Part shown: one piece after another, positions 62,959 through 64,000 of the stretch | How the letters are laid out: each line of letters opens with the position of its first letter | Numbering within the stretch: the first letter of the stretch is position 1 | Virus record (IMG/VR): IMGVR_UViG_3300024344_000001 | Direction: 5' to 3' (one strand) | Source of the DNA: a virus | Lineage: Duplodnaviria > Heunggongvirae > Uroviricota > Caudoviricetes | Length of the DNA: 64,000 nt | Position numbers and translations under genes: made by a program | Notes under the pieces: model-generated | What the model was told of the DNA's origin: nothing | Database searches by the model: none | Seen by the model: the letters and a program-made list of their open reading frames with translations, nothing else

Positions 62959-63216
62959 TTATTCCTTCTTAGGTCGCTTCCAGGAAAGCATTTTGTTAAG
63001 CCACTGTTTGCGGCGAGTACAGTTACATTCTTCCAGGTTAAACCATTCCTTGTAACGCTCCTGAGTAACACCCATGTTTGTTAGGATGGTTTCCATAGCA
63101 TCCCCTAAGCCTACTTCGTCGTATTCTTGGGGGGTTTCGTGCATTTTGATACCGCGATTGTTCAGCTTATTGATCGCGGTTTCGATCTCTTTTTGGATTT
63201 TCTCTTTATCAGCCAT
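62959..63216 (-). CDS. hypothetical protein
   Basis: ORF. Confidence 0.4.
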   Translation of the reverse strand: MADKEKIQKEIETAINKLNNRGIKMHETPQEYDEVGLGDAMETILTNMGVTQERYKEWFNLEECNCTRRKQWLNKMLSWKRPKKE

Positions 63217-63251
63217 GACAACTCCCGTGTAAAAAAACTGCTAGACACAGT

Positions 63252-63282
63252 ATTATACACGGAATTGCCTATTATTTTAGGA
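63252..63282 (-). promoter_or_regulatory. promoter-like TGTGTATAAT
   Basis: rc cgtgtataatac. Confidence 0.35.
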
Positions 63283-63643
63283 AATCAGGCAGATCTGGAT
63301 CATCCAAAGGTTTGTTCTTCTTGTTATTTATGATGAATTTACCCTTTTCTGACCAATTCTCATAATTCTGGTCAAAAATCTCTAACGCCCGCAGAATACA
63401 CTCGAAGGCTTCGAGCATTTCTTCTGCTTCTTCTACGGACAGTTCAATACCATCTTCCCTTACTGAACCCATAATAGACTTCATCATAAGGGCCTTTAGG
63501 GATTCGTCATCACCCGCTAGTTCCTTACTCTTCATGATAAAGGGTCGGATCATAGCAATCTGCATAACCAACTCTCGGAGAGCCTTGCAGCATTGAATGT
63601 CTCTATCGACACTATTGAATAGATTCTCAAGATCATCAAACAT
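63272..63643 (-). CDS. hypothetical protein
   Basis: ORF. Confidence 0.4.
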   Translation of the reverse strand: MFDDLENLFNSVDRDIQCCKALRELVMQIAMIRPFIMKSKELAGDDESLKALMMKSIMGSVREDGIELSVEEAEEMLEAFECILRALEIFDQNYENWSEKGKFIINNKKNKPLDDPDLPDFLK

Positions 63644-63965
63644 CTATATCACCTTCTTGTTCTTGTAGTTTTTCAAGAGCTACATCTAGCGTTACACAAC
63701 ACTTTTTAGCCTTGAGATTCGATCCGCACAAACATGGTTTGTTTCTTGATAGCTTACGATTCATACTTCTGCCATCATCACGTCCGATGACTCTCCTAAG
63801 CTTAGATTTTTCCAGTCCCTTCTGAATACGCTGATCGGCTTCCTTCATCATCTTAGCCGCCATTTGGTTATTCATCATGTTCTGAATTATCAGTTTTCTT
63901 TCTTCCTTTTTTCTAACACTCTTCATTATTTCTTCTTGAGCGTTCTCTAAATCTTTTGACTTCAT
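63636..63965 (-). CDS. SEC-C motif-containing protein
   Basis: C-terminal KPCLCGSNLKAKKCC. Confidence 0.45.
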   Translation of the reverse strand: MKSKDLENAQEEIMKSVRKKEERKLIIQNMMNNQMAAKMMKEADQRIQKGLEKSKLRRVIGRDDGRSMNRKLSRNKPCLCGSNLKAKKCCVTLDVALEKLQEQEGDIDV

Positions 63966-64000
63966 ATCAATACCTCGAATGTTGTGGAACTGGTTGTTCC

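Overview
The window reads as an early/middle region of a large virulent dsDNA phage. Nearly all genes are on the minus strand, and they are driven by repeated near-consensus sigma70 promoters (TTGACA-N16/17-TGTGTATAAT on the minus strand), which points to a Gram-negative host. The contents, in order, are: (1) a replication module: a split dnaE with an interposed DnaQ-like exonuclease gene and an HNH-containing intein, a Cas4-like nuclease, a dNMP kinase, a DnaG primase, a DnaB helicase and a RecA-family protein; (2) nucleotide metabolism: NrdA/NrdB, dCMP deaminase, MazG, an HD hydrolase, a PhoH-like ATPase, a Dcm-type C5-methyltransferase, a GT4 glycosyltransferase and a secreted thioredoxin-like protein; (3) a tRNA island of about 25 kb (28.6-53.2 kb) holding roughly 35-39 minus-strand tRNA genes, at least one of them an amber-suppressor tRNA (anticodon CUA), interspersed with 5-6 HNH/DUF559 homing-endonuclease genes, tRNA fragments, RtcB RNA ligase, a Pth2-like hydrolase, a HAD phosphatase, an AEP primase-like gene and a vWA+SPFH membrane pair; (4) an operon encoding a secreted trypsin-like protease with collagen-like repeats; (5) an operon pairing a DUF262-HNH (GmrSD-like) nuclease with a putative 2OG-Fe(II) oxygenase, followed by tandem small acidic paralogs; and (6) two metallophosphoesterases (one LpxH-like), an ArfB-like GGQ ribosome-rescue factor and a SEC-C motif protein. 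No CRISPR array or integrase was seen. The best candidate for a previously undescribed system is the DUF262-HNH plus 2OG-Fe(II) oxygenase operon, possibly tied to a wider cytosine-modification toolkit. All tRNA isotype calls were made by eye and need tRNAscan-SE/ARAGORN.
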